Shown here piece by piece: positions 30,944 to 41,467 of a stretch of DNA of 64,000 nucleotides. The number at the start of each line of letters is the position of its first letter. Within the stretch, counting starts at the first letter, position 1. Under the pieces are notes generated by a model. That model ran no database searches, was not told the DNA's origin, and saw nothing but the letters and a program-made list of their open reading frames with translations. The DNA lies in contig JBBRKR010000001.1 of the NCBI GenBank assembly GCA_038231795.1, positions 259,199-323,198 of the forward strand. The letters are read 5' to 3'. This DNA comes from Acidimicrobiales bacterium. GTDB lineage: Bacteria; Actinomycetota; Acidimicrobiia; Acidimicrobiales; JBBRKR01. A program made the translations under genes and the position numbers.

Positions 30944-31957
30944 ATGACTGAACAACCCCCGGTAGTCGCTGAAGGCCTTATCCGACATTTCGGCGACGTT
31001 CGCGCCGTAGATGGCGTCGATTTGGTCGTCAATGAAGGTGAAATATTTGGATTTCTCGGCCCCAATGGTGCTGGTAAATCGACGTGTGTGCGGATGCTCA
31101 CTACGTTGCTTCGCCCCACCGGTGGCCACGCCAGAGTGTGCGGTTTTGATGTGCTTACCCACGCCAAAGAGGTACGCAAACTCATTGGTGTGGCGCTCCA
31201 AGATGCGGCCATCGACCCCATGATGACCGGTAATGAACTCCTTGATCTGCAAGCCGTTCTCCACGGCATCCCTAAGGCGGTTGCTCACACCCGGGCTGCT
31301 GAATTGCTCGAACGCGTGGGCCTCACGGCAGCTGGTGATCGTCGAGTGGGCACCTATTCGGGGGGCATGCGCCGTCGTCTCGACTTGGCGTTGTCGCTCG
31401 TGCACCAACCGCGTGTGTTGTTCCTCGATGAGCCCACCACTGGGCTTGACCCGATGAGCCGTATCAACTTGTGGGAAGAGGTGCGACGCCTGAATACCGA
31501 GTTCGGCACCACGGTGTTTCTTACCACCCAATACCTCGAAGAAGCCGACCAGTTGTGTGGCCGAATTGCCATTATTGACAAAGGCAAGATCGTGCGTGAA
31601 GGCGCTCCTGGCGTTCTCAAACATCTGGTCGGTTCGCCGACGCTCATTGTGGATGTTGCTGGAAACGACCTCGAGGCGACGAAGTTGATTTTGAAAACGT
31701 TTGGTGAGCACCGCGCTGTTGATCACGGTGTTGGTGTTGGACTCTCTGGAGGCGCAGGCGCAATGGCAGATGTGATTCGTGCCCTCGACGAGGCCGGGAT
31801 CACTTTGCAACATCTTGAGCTCAATGCCCCCAGCCTCGATGACGTGTTCGCCGACGCCACCGGGCATCGGCTTGAAGGTGCCGCCGCCGCGGCAGGCGCT
31901 TCTGGCCCTCCCGCCAAGGCCGGTCGTCAACGCCGTGGCGCCGGGGCCAGCAAGTGA
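30944..31957 (+). CDS. ABC transporter ATP-binding protein (DrrA/ABC-2 type)
   Basis: Walker A 'GPNGAGKST', signature 'YSGGMRRRLDLA', Walker B 'VLFLDEPTTGLD'. Confidence 0.92.
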   Translation: MTEQPPVVAEGLIRHFGDVRAVDGVDLVVNEGEIFGFLGPNGAGKSTCVRMLTTLLRPTGGHARVCGFDVLTHAKEVRKLIGVALQDAAIDPMMTGNELLDLQAVLHGIPKAVAHTRAAELLERVGLTAAGDRRVGTYSGGMRRRLDLALSLVHQPRVLFLDEPTTGLDPMSRINLWEEVRRLNTEFGTTVFLTTQYLEEADQLCGRIAIIDKGKIVREGAPGVLKHLVGSPTLIVDVAGNDLEATKLILKTFGEHRAVDHGVGVGLSGGAGAMADVIRALDEAGITLQHLELNAPSLDDVFADATGHRLEGAAAAAGASGPPAKAGRQRRGAGASK

Positions 31958-32808
31958 CCGCCGTTTCGACGTCGCTCGTGCCGGGCGCGCCAGGTACGCC
32001 GGGCTTGACCATGGCCGATAATTTTGGCCACTACGACATTTCGGCGGTACGTCAATCCTTGATGCTGGCTCGCCGGTCGGTCATTTCGACGCTGCGCCAG
32101 CCGCCCCAATTTGTGCCAGGGCTGGTATTTCCATTGTTGCTGTGCGCAGTGAACACCGCCAGTTTGACGAAGGTGTTCCGCCAACAAGGAGGCACCTCTG
32201 GCTACTTGAATTTTGTGATGTGCTCTGTGATTATTCAGGGCGTCCTATTTTCGGCGTCGAGTGCTGGGGTCGATGTGGCCACCGATATTCAGAACGGTTT
32301 CTTGGATCGCCTGATTGCTTCCCCATTGGCTCGGCCGGCGATTTTGATTGGACGGATCGGCGGCTCAGCGGCTCTTGGCATTCTGCAGGCCACACTTTTC
32401 ATGGGCATATTGGCCCTCTTTGGTGCACGCGTTTCGGCGGGACCGGCGGGCATTGTGGTGATCTGCCTAGCGGCCATGCTGTTGGCGGTCGCGCTCGGTG
32501 CGGCGTCTTCGGCGTTGGCCCTTCGCACCGGATCAGCCGAAGCTGTTCAATCGTTCACGCCCCTGTTTTTTACGCTCATATTTCTCTCCTCGGCGTTCTA
32601 TCCAAAGGACAGAATGAAGGGCTGGTACAAGCAAATCGTGATTCACAATCCGTTGAGCTGGTTCATTGAAGCCATGCGTGAGTTGGTCGTAAAAGGGTGG
32701 TCGTGGTCGGCCGCTGGTAAGGCCATTGGCATCCCGCTCATACTGGCGATCACGGGTATTGCGTTCGCCGGCCGAATGCTGGCCTTCCGGCTCAGGGGTG
32801 GCGAATGA
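31954..32808 (+). CDS. ABC-2 type transporter permease
   Basis: 284 aa, 6 hydrophobic spans; GTGA overlap with the ATPase gene. Confidence 0.8.
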   Translation: MTAVSTSLVPGAPGTPGLTMADNFGHYDISAVRQSLMLARRSVISTLRQPPQFVPGLVFPLLLCAVNTASLTKVFRQQGGTSGYLNFVMCSVIIQGVLFSASSAGVDVATDIQNGFLDRLIASPLARPAILIGRIGGSAALGILQATLFMGILALFGARVSAGPAGIVVICLAAMLLAVALGAASSALALRTGSAEAVQSFTPLFFTLIFLSSAFYPKDRMKGWYKQIVIHNPLSWFIEAMRELVVKGWSWSAAGKAIGIPLILAITGIAFAGRMLAFRLRGGE

Positions 32809-33626
32809 CCGCCGTGCTTCAATCCGACGCCCCACCAATTCACTGGGAAGCAGAGGGTGCCAAATTCGCCCCCGTGGCATTGGCCATTGCAAAACGGAAT
32901 TTGGCGGGTATTCGCCGCGCGCCGAGCGTGTTTATTTCGTCGCTTTTGTTCCCGATCATGTCGATTATCACTTTGGCTGGCGCCTATTCCGGCGTGGCCA
33001 CCGCGCCGGGTTTTCCGGCTAAATCGATGGCTGGCTGGATGCTTGGGTTCACCGCAATCCAGGCGTCGGCGATGGTGGGCATGACGTCGGGCCTCGGCCT
33101 CATTCGAGACATGGAAACCCGCTTCTACGACCGCCTTCTGCTGGCGCCGATTAACCGGGGCAGCTTGATTGGCGGCCTCTACATGGCCGTCGCTGTGCGG
33201 GTGCTGGTGCCGTTTACTATCACGCTGGTTTTGGCCGTAGTCACTGGTGCTGTGTTCACCGCCGCTGTCGTGCCCAGCATCTTGTGCTTGTTGTTTGCCG
33301 CACAGGGCGCCGCCATGCTGGGCGCCGGCTATGGAATCGGGATGGGTTTACGGCTCAAAACCTTCGCCGCTGCGCCAATCATGTTCATGACCGTATTCGC
33401 TCTGATGTTCATGTCACCAGTGCAAGTGCCGCTGAGCTTTATTTCGGGTTGGCTGCACAAAGTGGCCACCATAAATCCTGTCACCAGAATCACGAGCATG
33501 GCGCGCGCCGGGCTCACCAGCGGGATCACCTCGGCCGAAGTGTTTCAGGGCATCGCGGTGATTGTGCCCGGAACGATTCTGCTCGCCTGGTTCGCCGTGC
33601 GGGGCATGAAAAAACTCGACAAGTAA
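32805..33626 (+). CDS. ABC-2 type transporter permease (second subunit)
   Basis: 273 aa, multi-span; ATGA overlap with the preceding permease. Confidence 0.8.
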   Translation: MTAVLQSDAPPIHWEAEGAKFAPVALAIAKRNLAGIRRAPSVFISSLLFPIMSIITLAGAYSGVATAPGFPAKSMAGWMLGFTAIQASAMVGMTSGLGLIRDMETRFYDRLLLAPINRGSLIGGLYMAVAVRVLVPFTITLVLAVVTGAVFTAAVVPSILCLLFAAQGAAMLGAGYGIGMGLRLKTFAAAPIMFMTVFALMFMSPVQVPLSFISGWLHKVATINPVTRITSMARAGLTSGITSAEVFQGIAVIVPGTILLAWFAVRGMKKLDK

Positions 33627-33708
33627 TCCAAAAAGTCTGGTCACCCGTTCGCTCGCGGCTCGCTCGCGTGGCATGATGCAACCCTCCAATATGAATCGGG
33701 GGATTCCC

Positions 33709-34173
33709 ATGCAAGTGTCCGTCACCGTCAACGGTAAAGCCCAATCACACGACGTCGAACCCCGCACTCTTCTCGTGCATTTCCTGCGCGAATCTTGTGC
33801 ACTCACCGGCACCAATGTGGGCTGCGATACCAGCTCATGTGGCGCATGCACCATCCACATCGATGGCGAGAGCGTGAAGAGCTGCACTGTGCTGGCCGCC
33901 CAGGCCGACGGCGCATCGATCACTACCATCGAGGGCCTGGCCGCCGCCGATGGCACCCTGCATCCCATGCAGCAAGCGTTTCATGAGAACCATGGCTTGC
34001 AATGCGGGTACTGCACACCAGGCATGGTGATGGCCTCGATCTCACTACTCGACGAGAATCCACACCCCACTGAGCAGGAAGTGCGCATTGGCCTGGAGGG
34101 CAACCTGTGTCGGTGCACTGGTTACCACAACATCGTGAAATCGGTGTTGGCAGCTGCGGGGCAGATGTCATGA
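33709..34173 (+). CDS. coxS: [2Fe-2S]-binding small subunit of molybdenum hydroxylase
   Basis: '[10 protein letters not shown]', 'CGYCTPG', 'NLCRCTGY'. ATG 33709 is preceded by GGGGGA. Confidence 0.93.
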   Translation: MQVSVTVNGKAQSHDVEPRTLLVHFLRESCALTGTNVGCDTSSCGACTIHIDGESVKSCTVLAAQADGASITTIEGLAAADGTLHPMQQAFHENHGLQCGYCTPGMVMASISLLDENPHPTEQEVRIGLEGNLCRCTGYHNIVKSVLAAAGQMS

Positions 34174-36548
34174 CCATGACCGAAGATGTTGTTGCGACCC
34201 CCTTTATTGGGTCACGGCGTCTTCGGCGAGAAGACCCGGCGTTACTCACCGGCGAGGCCAAATATACCGACGATATTCCAGCCGTAGGAGCGTTGCATCT
34301 GGCTGTGTTGCGCAGTCCTCACGCGCATGCACGCATCGTAAGTATTGACGTGTCTGGTGCCTTGGCGATTCCGGGCGTGGTCGCTGCATATACGGGTGAA
34401 GATTTGGCATCCCAATGGGCTGCGCCCATGCCGTGTGCATGGCCGGTAACGGCCGAAATGAAGAACCCTGCCCACTATCCGATAGCGATGGGCAAAGTGG
34501 CCTACGTCGGCGACGGCGTCGTGGCTATCGTGGCCACGAACCACACCGCAAGCCGTGATGCGCTCGATGCCATCGTGGTGGAATACGACGTGCTGCCCGC
34601 TGTCATCGATCTTGAAGACGCTCTCAGCGACCGTGTAGTAATCCACGAATCCGCTGGCACTAACCGTTCCTACATTTGGGAATTACATCCTCAAGGCAAA
34701 GAGACTGTGGATGCCATTTTCGCTTCCGCAGCCCACACGGTGAGTGAGCGTTACATTCAGCAGCGCCTCATTCCTGCCGCCATGGAGCCTCGTGCCGTGC
34801 TGGCCATGCCCCAGCCTTTCGGTGGCGATTTCACGCTGTACACCTCCACCCAGGTGCCACACATTCTCAAAATTATGGCTGCCATCACTGTCGGAATTCC
34901 CGAGCATTTGTTACGGGTCGTGGCGCCTTCTGTGGGCGGCGGATTCGGCTCGAAGCTCAATGTGTACGCAGAGGAATTGTTGTGCTTAGTGTTGGCTCGA
35001 AAGCACCGTTGCGCAGTGCGTTGGGTAGAAGAGCGCACGGAAGCGGCCACGTCGACCATTCAAGGTCGCGGCCAAATTCAAAATATTGAATTGGCAGCCG
35101 ACGCCAACGGCAAAGTGCAAGCAGTGCGGGTGCACATCCTGGGCGACATGGGCGCATACTTGCAATTGGTGACGCCCGGCGTGCCGCTGCTGGGAGCGTT
35201 CCTGTATGCCGGCGTGTACGACGTGCCCAACATGAGCTTCGTATGCGAAAGCGTGTTCACCACGATGACGCCCACCGACGCCTACCGAGGCGCCGGACGG
35301 CCAGAAGCCACGTATGCCATTGAGCGAGCAATGGATTCGTTGGCCGCCAAGCTGGGCGAAGATCCTGCCGAGTTCCGCAAGAAGAACATGATCCAAAAGG
35401 ATCAGTTCCCCTACACGGCAATGACTGGTTTGCAGTACGACTCCGGCGATCACGTTGGCGTATTGGAAAAGGCGCAGGAACTCGTCGACTACACCGGGCT
35501 GCGCGCTGAGCAAGCCGCCCGTCGGGCTTCGGGATCCAAAAAGCATTTGGGCATCGGCGTTTCGAGCTATTTCGAAATGTGCGGATTGGCACCCTCACGG
35601 GTATTGGCTTCGTTGAATTACAGCGCAGGTGGATGGGAAGCCGCCACCGTGCGGGTACTGCCCACCAACAAGATCCAAGTCGTCACCGGAGCCACGCCGC
35701 ACGGCCAAGGTCACGAAACGTCATGGTCGATGATTGTGGCCGACAAGTTAGGCGTCTCGCCCGACGATATCGACGTGTTGCACTCCGACACCGCGCTGAG
35801 CCCGCTGGGCCTCGATACCTATGGTTCGCGCTCACTTGCCGTTGGCGGTATTGCCATCGTGATGGCGTGCGACAAGGTGATCGACAAGGCCCGCAAAATC
35901 GCCGCCCACCAACTCGAGTGTTCTGAAGACGATCTTGAATTCGTCAACGGCACCTTTAGCGTGCGGGGCTCATCCGATAAATCGATGCCCTTGGCCGGTA
36001 TTGCCTTCGAGGCGTTCACCGCTCACAACTTGCCGGACGGTATGGAGCCCAACCTCGAGGCCCACACCACCTACGATCCGCCCAACTTTTCGTGGCCATT
36101 CGGCACCCACATTTGTGTTGTCGAAATCGACGAAGAGACCGGGTTCACTGAGGTCATCAAATATGTGGCCATCGACGATTGTGGCAATCAAATCAACCCG
36201 CTCATCGTGGAAGGCCAAATCCACGGCGGCATCGTGCAAGGCCTTGCCCAGGCGCTCTTTGAAGAAGCCACATACGACGCAGAAGGCAACCTGAAATCGG
36301 GATCTTTCGCAGATTATTTGGTGCCTTCAGCGGCCGACGTGCCCAGCCTCACACTCGGCCATTCCGTTACGCCATCACCCACCAACCCGTTGGGTGTGAA
36401 GGGTGTCGGCGAAGCGGGCACCATCGGCGCGGCACCCGCGGTCATCAACGCTATTGTCGATGCTCTGAGCCCGTTCGGCATCACCGACATCACCATGCCA
36501 GCCACTCCCAACCGGGTGTGGTCGGCTATCCAGAACGCACACTCGTAA
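34170..36548 (+). CDS. coxL: Molybdopterin-binding large subunit, form-II CODH-like
   Basis: '[18 protein letters not shown]', active-site loop '[11 protein letters not shown]' (not the form-I AYxCSFR); ATGA overlap with coxS. Confidence 0.9.
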   Translation: MTMTEDVVATPFIGSRRLRREDPALLTGEAKYTDDIPAVGALHLAVLRSPHAHARIVSIDVSGALAIPGVVAAYTGEDLASQWAAPMPCAWPVTAEMKNPAHYPIAMGKVAYVGDGVVAIVATNHTASRDALDAIVVEYDVLPAVIDLEDALSDRVVIHESAGTNRSYIWELHPQGKETVDAIFASAAHTVSERYIQQRLIPAAMEPRAVLAMPQPFGGDFTLYTSTQVPHILKIMAAITVGIPEHLLRVVAPSVGGGFGSKLNVYAEELLCLVLARKHRCAVRWVEERTEAATSTIQGRGQIQNIELAADANGKVQAVRVHILGDMGAYLQLVTPGVPLLGAFLYAGVYDVPNMSFVCESVFTTMTPTDAYRGAGRPEATYAIERAMDSLAAKLGEDPAEFRKKNMIQKDQFPYTAMTGLQYDSGDHVGVLEKAQELVDYTGLRAEQAARRASGSKKHLGIGVSSYFEMCGLAPSRVLASLNYSAGGWEAATVRVLPTNKIQVVTGATPHGQGHETSWSMIVADKLGVSPDDIDVLHSDTALSPLGLDTYGSRSLAVGGIAIVMACDKVIDKARKIAAHQLECSEDDLEFVNGTFSVRGSSDKSMPLAGIAFEAFTAHNLPDGMEPNLEAHTTYDPPNFSWPFGTHICVVEIDEETGFTEVIKYVAIDDCGNQINPLIVEGQIHGGIVQGLAQALFEEATYDAEGNLKSGSFADYLVPSAADVPSLTLGHSVTPSPTNPLGVKGVGEAGTIGAAPAVINAIVDALSPFGITDITMPATPNRVWSAIQNAHS

Positions 36549-36567
36549 ACAAGGGGACCCTAAAAAA

Positions 36568-37395
36568 ATGATTCCTGCACCATTTGACTACCAACGCGCC
36601 GGATCGGCTGAAGAAGCAGTCAGCTTGATTGCCCAAGCGGGCGACGAAGCAAAATTTCTGGCCGGCGGTCACTCGCTTCTGCCGTTGATGAAGCTCCGGT
36701 TGGCTCAGCCGACCATGCTTATCGACATCGGCCGCATCGCTGATCTGTCGTACATCCGTGACGCTGGCGATCACATCGCCATTGGTGCACTCACCCGTCA
36801 TCGCGATGTGGAAACCTCAGCGCTGCTTCACGAGCATGTGGGCTTGCTGGCTCACGCCGCATCGTTCGTGGGCGATCCCCAGGTGCGTCATCGTGGCACC
36901 ATCGGCGGCTCAATCGCCCACGCCGACCCTGCCTCTGACCTTCCCGCCACCGTGCTGGCACTGGGCGGAACGCTTGTGGTGCAAGGCCCAAATGGCCAAC
37001 GCGAGATCGCCGCTACCGACTTCTTCAAGGGCTTCTTGGAATCCGATTTGGCTGCCGACGAAATGTTGACAGAGATCCGAATTCCTAAGTACACCGGCGC
37101 TGGCTGGAGCTTCCAGAAGTTCAATCGTCGTGCCCAAGATTGGGCCATCGTGGGCGTGGCTGCCATCAAGCACAACGGCTACGTAGGCGTGTCGTTGGTC
37201 AACATGGATCAAGTCCCCTTGCGAGCCTCTGCCGTTGAAGCTGCCGTGAGTGGTGGAGCTTCTGCTGCCGATGCCGCTGCGCTCGCTGCCGAGGGCGCTT
37301 CGCCTTCGTCGGACCTCAATGCGTCGGTCGAATACCGTCAGCATTTGGCACGGGTTCTCGTCCGTCGAGCCCTCACCGAATCAGGCGTCGCCTAG
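36568..37395 (+). CDS. coxM: FAD-binding medium subunit of molybdenum hydroxylase
   Basis: 'FLAGGHSLLPLMKLR', 'GTIGGSIAHADP'; 275 aa. Confidence 0.92.
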   Translation: MIPAPFDYQRAGSAEEAVSLIAQAGDEAKFLAGGHSLLPLMKLRLAQPTMLIDIGRIADLSYIRDAGDHIAIGALTRHRDVETSALLHEHVGLLAHAASFVGDPQVRHRGTIGGSIAHADPASDLPATVLALGGTLVVQGPNGQREIAATDFFKGFLESDLAADEMLTEIRIPKYTGAGWSFQKFNRRAQDWAIVGVAAIKHNGYVGVSLVNMDQVPLRASAVEAAVSGGASAADAAALAAEGASPSSDLNASVEYRQHLARVLVRRALTESGVA

Positions 37396-37420
37396 TTCCT
37401 GGGCCACCACATTTGGTGAT

Positions 37421-37714
37421 CTAAAAAGCGAATTGGATGCTTGCTCGTTCAGCCACAATCGGGTTGAGATAGTTGGCGCGAGCAGCGTTGTGGTCGGGAT
37501 GCTGGTCATACGCCAGCCAGCCGGCGGCATCGTCGAAATCGGCCACAAGGCCGAAATTCCACCGACCTTCTCCGAGTTCGAGATCGCTGCCCACTGTGTA
37601 ATTTCGAAGCGGCTCGATTATCGCGGGCAGTTCCCGCAGTGCAGCCGTGGCCGCAGCGATTTGCGCAGCGGTAGTTTCCGGTTTCCATTTGAGAAGGACG
37701 ACGTGACGCAACAT
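37421..37714 (-). CDS. Dabb (stress-responsive alpha/beta-barrel) family protein
   Basis: 'MLRHVVLLKWKPETT...' and 'DFDDAAGWLAYDQHPDH'. Start ATG 37714 was checked against the DNA. Confidence 0.75.
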   Translation of the reverse strand: MLRHVVLLKWKPETTAAQIAAATAALRELPAIIEPLRNYTVGSDLELGEGRWNFGLVADFDDAAGWLAYDQHPDHNAARANYLNPIVAERASIQFAF

Positions 37715-37736
37715 GCTGGCAGCGTAACCTTCACAG

Positions 37737-38654
37737 ATGACCTCAGTTCCAGCGCCACCCACCGATGTCGCTTCGGTGGCCTCGCAACTTGCGCACCATA
37801 ACTACCTCGCCGACGACGGTCTTGCCACCTCGATCTTTCTCGCCATGCGTCTGCATCGCCCGTTATTGCTAGAGGGCGAAGCCGGTGTCGGCAAGACGGA
37901 AGTAGCCAAGGTGCTCAGCGCCATGACGGGCGGCGAGCTCATTCGGCTGCAGTGCTACGAGGGGATCGACGTCAGCCAAGCGGTGTACGAATGGGACTAT
38001 TCCCGCCAGCTCCTGCACCTCAAGGCAGCCGAAATGAGCGGTGAAACCAGTGGCGGATCAGAAGCGCTTGAAGCTGGCTTGTACAGCGAAAAATTCTTGG
38101 TGCGACGGGCGTTGCTGCGGGCCATTGACCATCGTGAAGGCCCGCCTCCAGTTCTCCTGATCGACGAAGTCGACAGGGCCGACGACGAGTTCGAAGCGTT
38201 CCTTCTCGAGGTGCTCAGCGACTACAGCGTGACCGTCCCTGAGATCGGCACGTTCACTGCGAAAACGCCGCCCATCGTGATTATCACGTCGAACAGAACT
38301 CGAGACGTGCACGACGCCTTGAAGCGCCGCTGCCTGTACCACTGGGTGGAATTTCCGACCTTCGAACGCGAGGTACAGATCGTCAAAGTGCGGGCGCCCC
38401 ATGTGACCGAACAGCTCGCCCGTCAAGTAGCGGGGGCAGTGGCCGCGCTACGCGATTTACATCCCTACAAGTCCCCTGGGGTGGCTGAGACGATCGACTG
38501 GGCGGTGTCATTGGCCACACTTGGGCAGGTGACTCTCACCGAAGCCAATGTGGCTGCCACGCTGGGCACCGTGTTGAAATATCGTGAGGATCAAGACAAG
38601 GCCCGAGCGCATGGACTCCCCGAAATTTTGCGCGCTGCATTTGCCAGGGGATAG
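37737..38654 (+). CDS. coxD: MoxR-type AAA+ ATPase (CoxD-like)
   Basis: Walker A 'GEAGVGKTEVA', Walker B 'VLLIDEVDRADDEFEAFLLEVL'. Confidence 0.88.
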   Translation: MTSVPAPPTDVASVASQLAHHNYLADDGLATSIFLAMRLHRPLLLEGEAGVGKTEVAKVLSAMTGGELIRLQCYEGIDVSQAVYEWDYSRQLLHLKAAEMSGETSGGSEALEAGLYSEKFLVRRALLRAIDHREGPPPVLLIDEVDRADDEFEAFLLEVLSDYSVTVPEIGTFTAKTPPIVIITSNRTRDVHDALKRRCLYHWVEFPTFEREVQIVKVRAPHVTEQLARQVAGAVAALRDLHPYKSPGVAETIDWAVSLATLGQVTLTEANVAATLGTVLKYREDQDKARAHGLPEILRAAFARG

Positions 38655-38660
38655 CAATCG

Positions 38661-39782
38661 GTGAACGTTGGCGACCCATCCCGCATTGCTGTGGCCTTTG
38701 CGCGTGTGTTGCGTGATGCTGGGTTAGCCGTGCCCATTGGATCGGTGCTGGCTTACGTCGACGCACTTGGTGCGGTGGGCATCGAGAGCCGCCACGATGT
38801 GTATTGGGCGGGTCGCGCCACGCTTGTGCAACGCCGCGAACAAACCGAAATTTACGACAGGGCGTTCACCATTTTCTGGGACCAACGAGGTCGACTAGTC
38901 GAGGGGTCTCCAGCGCCAGATGAGCACCTCACCTTGCTCACCGACGATTCCGAGGGTGGTGAATCCCCACCCGACGACAGTCAAGAAGAGATCGATGGCC
39001 AGGTCCTCACTGTGCGGTTCTCCGCCGAAGAAACGTTACGCCATAAGGATTTCGCCGAATACACAGCTATTGAATTGGCAGAAGCACGACGGCTCATGGA
39101 CACCCTAAAACTGGCGGGCGCACTCCGCCGATCGCGCCGCCTGGTGCCAACGTCGCGTCCAAACGGCCGACTCGATTTGCGACGCACCGTGCGCGATGCG
39201 TTGGCCACCAACGGGGAAGCCGTCCGCCGCCGCTATCGCACTCAAGGGCAGCGTCAACGACGTCTGGTTTTGCTCGTCGATATATCGGGATCCATGGAGC
39301 CCTACGCTCGGGCCCTCATGCGGTTTGCCCATGCCGCAGTGGTGGGCAGAGCCAAAGTCGAAGTGTTCACCTTCGGCACCCAACTCACTCGATTGACTCG
39401 GGAGCTCACCACGCGCGATCCCGACGCGGCCATGCGAATGGCTGGGGATGCGGCACGCGATTGGTCGGGCGGTACGCGCCTAGGTGCCAGCTTGGGTGAG
39501 TTCAACGACACGTGGGGCCAGCGAGGAATGTCACGTGGTTCAGTGATCGTGATCTTGTCAGACGGTTGGGACAGAGGCGACCCCGCAGTGCTCGGAGAAC
39601 AGATGCAACGCATGGGACGGGTCGCCCATCGAGTGGTGTGGGTGAACCCGCTCAAAGCTTCGCCTGGTTATGCGCCGCTGGCTCGTGGAATGGCTGCCGC
39701 GTTGCCGTACATTGATGAGTTCATTGAGGGCCATTCGCTGGACTCCCTCGAACGTCTTGCTGAGGTGGTGCGAGCATCATGA
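38661..39782 (+). CDS. coxE: VWA-domain protein (CoxE-like)
   Basis: MIDAS 'LVLLVDISGSM', C-terminal 'VVWVNPL'; the typical partner of the MoxR ATPase. Confidence 0.85.
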   Translation: MNVGDPSRIAVAFARVLRDAGLAVPIGSVLAYVDALGAVGIESRHDVYWAGRATLVQRREQTEIYDRAFTIFWDQRGRLVEGSPAPDEHLTLLTDDSEGGESPPDDSQEEIDGQVLTVRFSAEETLRHKDFAEYTAIELAEARRLMDTLKLAGALRRSRRLVPTSRPNGRLDLRRTVRDALATNGEAVRRRYRTQGQRQRRLVLLVDISGSMEPYARALMRFAHAAVVGRAKVEVFTFGTQLTRLTRELTTRDPDAAMRMAGDAARDWSGGTRLGASLGEFNDTWGQRGMSRGSVIVILSDGWDRGDPAVLGEQMQRMGRVAHRVVWVNPLKASPGYAPLARGMAAALPYIDEFIEGHSLDSLERLAEVVRAS

Positions 39783-40093
39783 GAGAAGTACTCAACGACA
39801 TTGAACGGTGGCGACGAGCTGGGCAACGCGTGGCCGTAGCCCGCGTGGTCAACGTCGAAGGTTCGGGGCCTCGGGATCCTGGCGCCACGATGGCCGTGAG
39901 CGAATCGGGCGAAGTTTCGGGATCAGTATCGGGTGGCTGCGTCGAGGGCGCCGTTGTCACAGAAGCACTCGACATTTTGGCCACCGGCGACCGGCGAGTG
40001 GTCACGTTTGGGTACTCCGACGACGACGCTTTTGCTGTCGGGCTCACCTGCGGGGGCACCATCCATTTGTTCATCGAGCCGTTGGATTGGTAG
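39779..40093 (+). CDS. XdhC/CoxI N-terminal-domain-only protein
   Basis: 'GSGPRDPGATMAV...GSVSGGCVEGAV...GLTCGGTIHLFIEP'; 104 aa; ATGA overlap with the VWA gene. Confidence 0.8.
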   Translation: MREVLNDIERWRRAGQRVAVARVVNVEGSGPRDPGATMAVSESGEVSGSVSGGCVEGAVVTEALDILATGDRRVVTFGYSDDDAFAVGLTCGGTIHLFIEPLDW

Positions 40094-40098
40094 CCCCG

Positions 40099-40875
40099 AT
40101 GTACGACATTTTTCGCGACGCAGTGCGCGCCGAAGAACCAGTTGCCTTGGCCACCGTGATCCGCGGCGTGGGGGTAGGGGCAAAGCTGTTGGCCCGCCCT
40201 GGGCACGACGTTCTCGGCACGCTCGGTAACACCGATTTAGACCGGGTCGTGGCCCGCGATTCCATAGCCGAGCTCGACGCCGGCCGCACTGGCGTGCGCC
40301 ACTACGGGGTGGCTGGCGAAGCGAATGAGTCAGCCGTTGAAGTGTTCATCGAATCATTTGCTCCGCCGCCTCAGATGATCATTTTCGGGGCTGTGGATTT
40401 CACTGCTGCATTGGCCAGAGTCGGAAAAATTATGGGCTACCGGGTGACCGTGTGCGATGCCAGAAAAGTGTTCGCCACCGTTCGCCGCTTCCCCATGGCC
40501 GATTCCGTAGAAGTCGAATGGCCAAACACGTTGCTTGACCGCATCGGGCCCGCTCTTGGGCCGCGAGACGCCGTTTGCGTGCTCACTCACGACGTCAAGT
40601 TCGATGTGCCCGCCATCGTGGGAGCGCTGGCCAGCCGGGTTGGCTACATCGGCGTGATGGGCTCCCGAAAGACCCACGATTCGCGTCAAACACGACTGGT
40701 TGAGGCGGGCGTAACCGCCAAGCAAATGACACGCTTGATGTCGCCCATCGGGCTTGATATCGGCGGCCGCACCCCCGAGGAAACTGCTATCAGTATTTGC
40801 GCCGAAATTATTGCTGTGCGCACAGGTCGCGACACGCCAAGCCTGCGCACGACGACGGGCCCCATTCACCGGTGA
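40099..40875 (+). CDS. XdhC-family molybdenum-cofactor insertion chaperone (second N-domain + Rossmann-like C-domain)
   Basis: 'PVALATVIRGVG', 'MIIFGAVDFTAALARVGKIMGYRVTVCDAR', 'PIGLDIGGRTPEETAISICAEIIAVR'. ATG 40099 is 5 nt after the previous stop. Confidence 0.85.
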   Translation: MYDIFRDAVRAEEPVALATVIRGVGVGAKLLARPGHDVLGTLGNTDLDRVVARDSIAELDAGRTGVRHYGVAGEANESAVEVFIESFAPPPQMIIFGAVDFTAALARVGKIMGYRVTVCDARKVFATVRRFPMADSVEVEWPNTLLDRIGPALGPRDAVCVLTHDVKFDVPAIVGALASRVGYIGVMGSRKTHDSRQTRLVEAGVTAKQMTRLMSPIGLDIGGRTPEETAISICAEIIAVRTGRDTPSLRTTTGPIHR

Positions 40876-41465
40876 CGTCTGATGATCGCCTGACTTTGGC
40901 TGTGCTTTTGTGCGCGGGCAGCGGGAGTCGTTTTGATGGATCGACCCACAAGTTGCTCGCCGACATCGATGGCCAAACCGTTTATGAACGCTCGGCCAAC
41001 GCCGTGTTGAGCGCCGCCATTGGTCCCGTGGTCGCCATCACCGGGTTTGTTGAACTCCCACCAATACCGGGTGTCGAACAGATTCGTAATCCGCGATTCG
41101 CGTCTGGACAAGGCACCTCGTTGCGGCTGGCATTGGATGTGGCGACCGAGCGTGGGTATAGCTCTGTGGTGTGTGGTCTTGGCGACCAACCCTTGATCAC
41201 TGCTGCCGCTTGGCGTGCCGTCAGCGGGGCTGCCGATAGCCCGATCGCGGTGGCCACCTACGCTGGCAAGCGACGAAACCCGGTACGGTTGTCGGCCGAA
41301 GTGTGGCCATTGATCGATGGCGTCGGCGATTTCGGTGCTCGTCAACTGATGGCACTTCGACCAGAGCTGGTTATCGAAGTAGCCTGTGCTGGATTCGACC
41401 TCGACGTCGATACGCTCGAAGATCTCCAAGCCGCCGCACGGCTGCTTGCCGAACAAGGGAAATAG
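40872..41465 (+). CDS. MobA/MocA-like nucleotidyltransferase (molybdenum cofactor cytidylyl/guanylyltransferase)
   Basis: 'LAVLLCAGSGSRF', 'GLGDQPLI'; GTGA overlap with the XdhC gene. Confidence 0.8.
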   Translation: MTSDDRLTLAVLLCAGSGSRFDGSTHKLLADIDGQTVYERSANAVLSAAIGPVVAITGFVELPPIPGVEQIRNPRFASGQGTSLRLALDVATERGYSSVVCGLGDQPLITAAAWRAVSGAADSPIAVATYAGKRRNPVRLSAEVWPLIDGVGDFGARQLMALRPELVIEVACAGFDLDVDTLEDLQAAARLLAEQGK

Positions 41466-41467
41466 TC

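Noticed and set aside
34170-36548. Annotating the coxSLM genes as a true aerobic carbon-monoxide dehydrogenase.
   Set aside because: Both large subunits carry AYRGAGR rather than the form-I AYxCSFR loop, and the gene order is S-L-M. CO oxidation is therefore not supported; only family membership is claimed.
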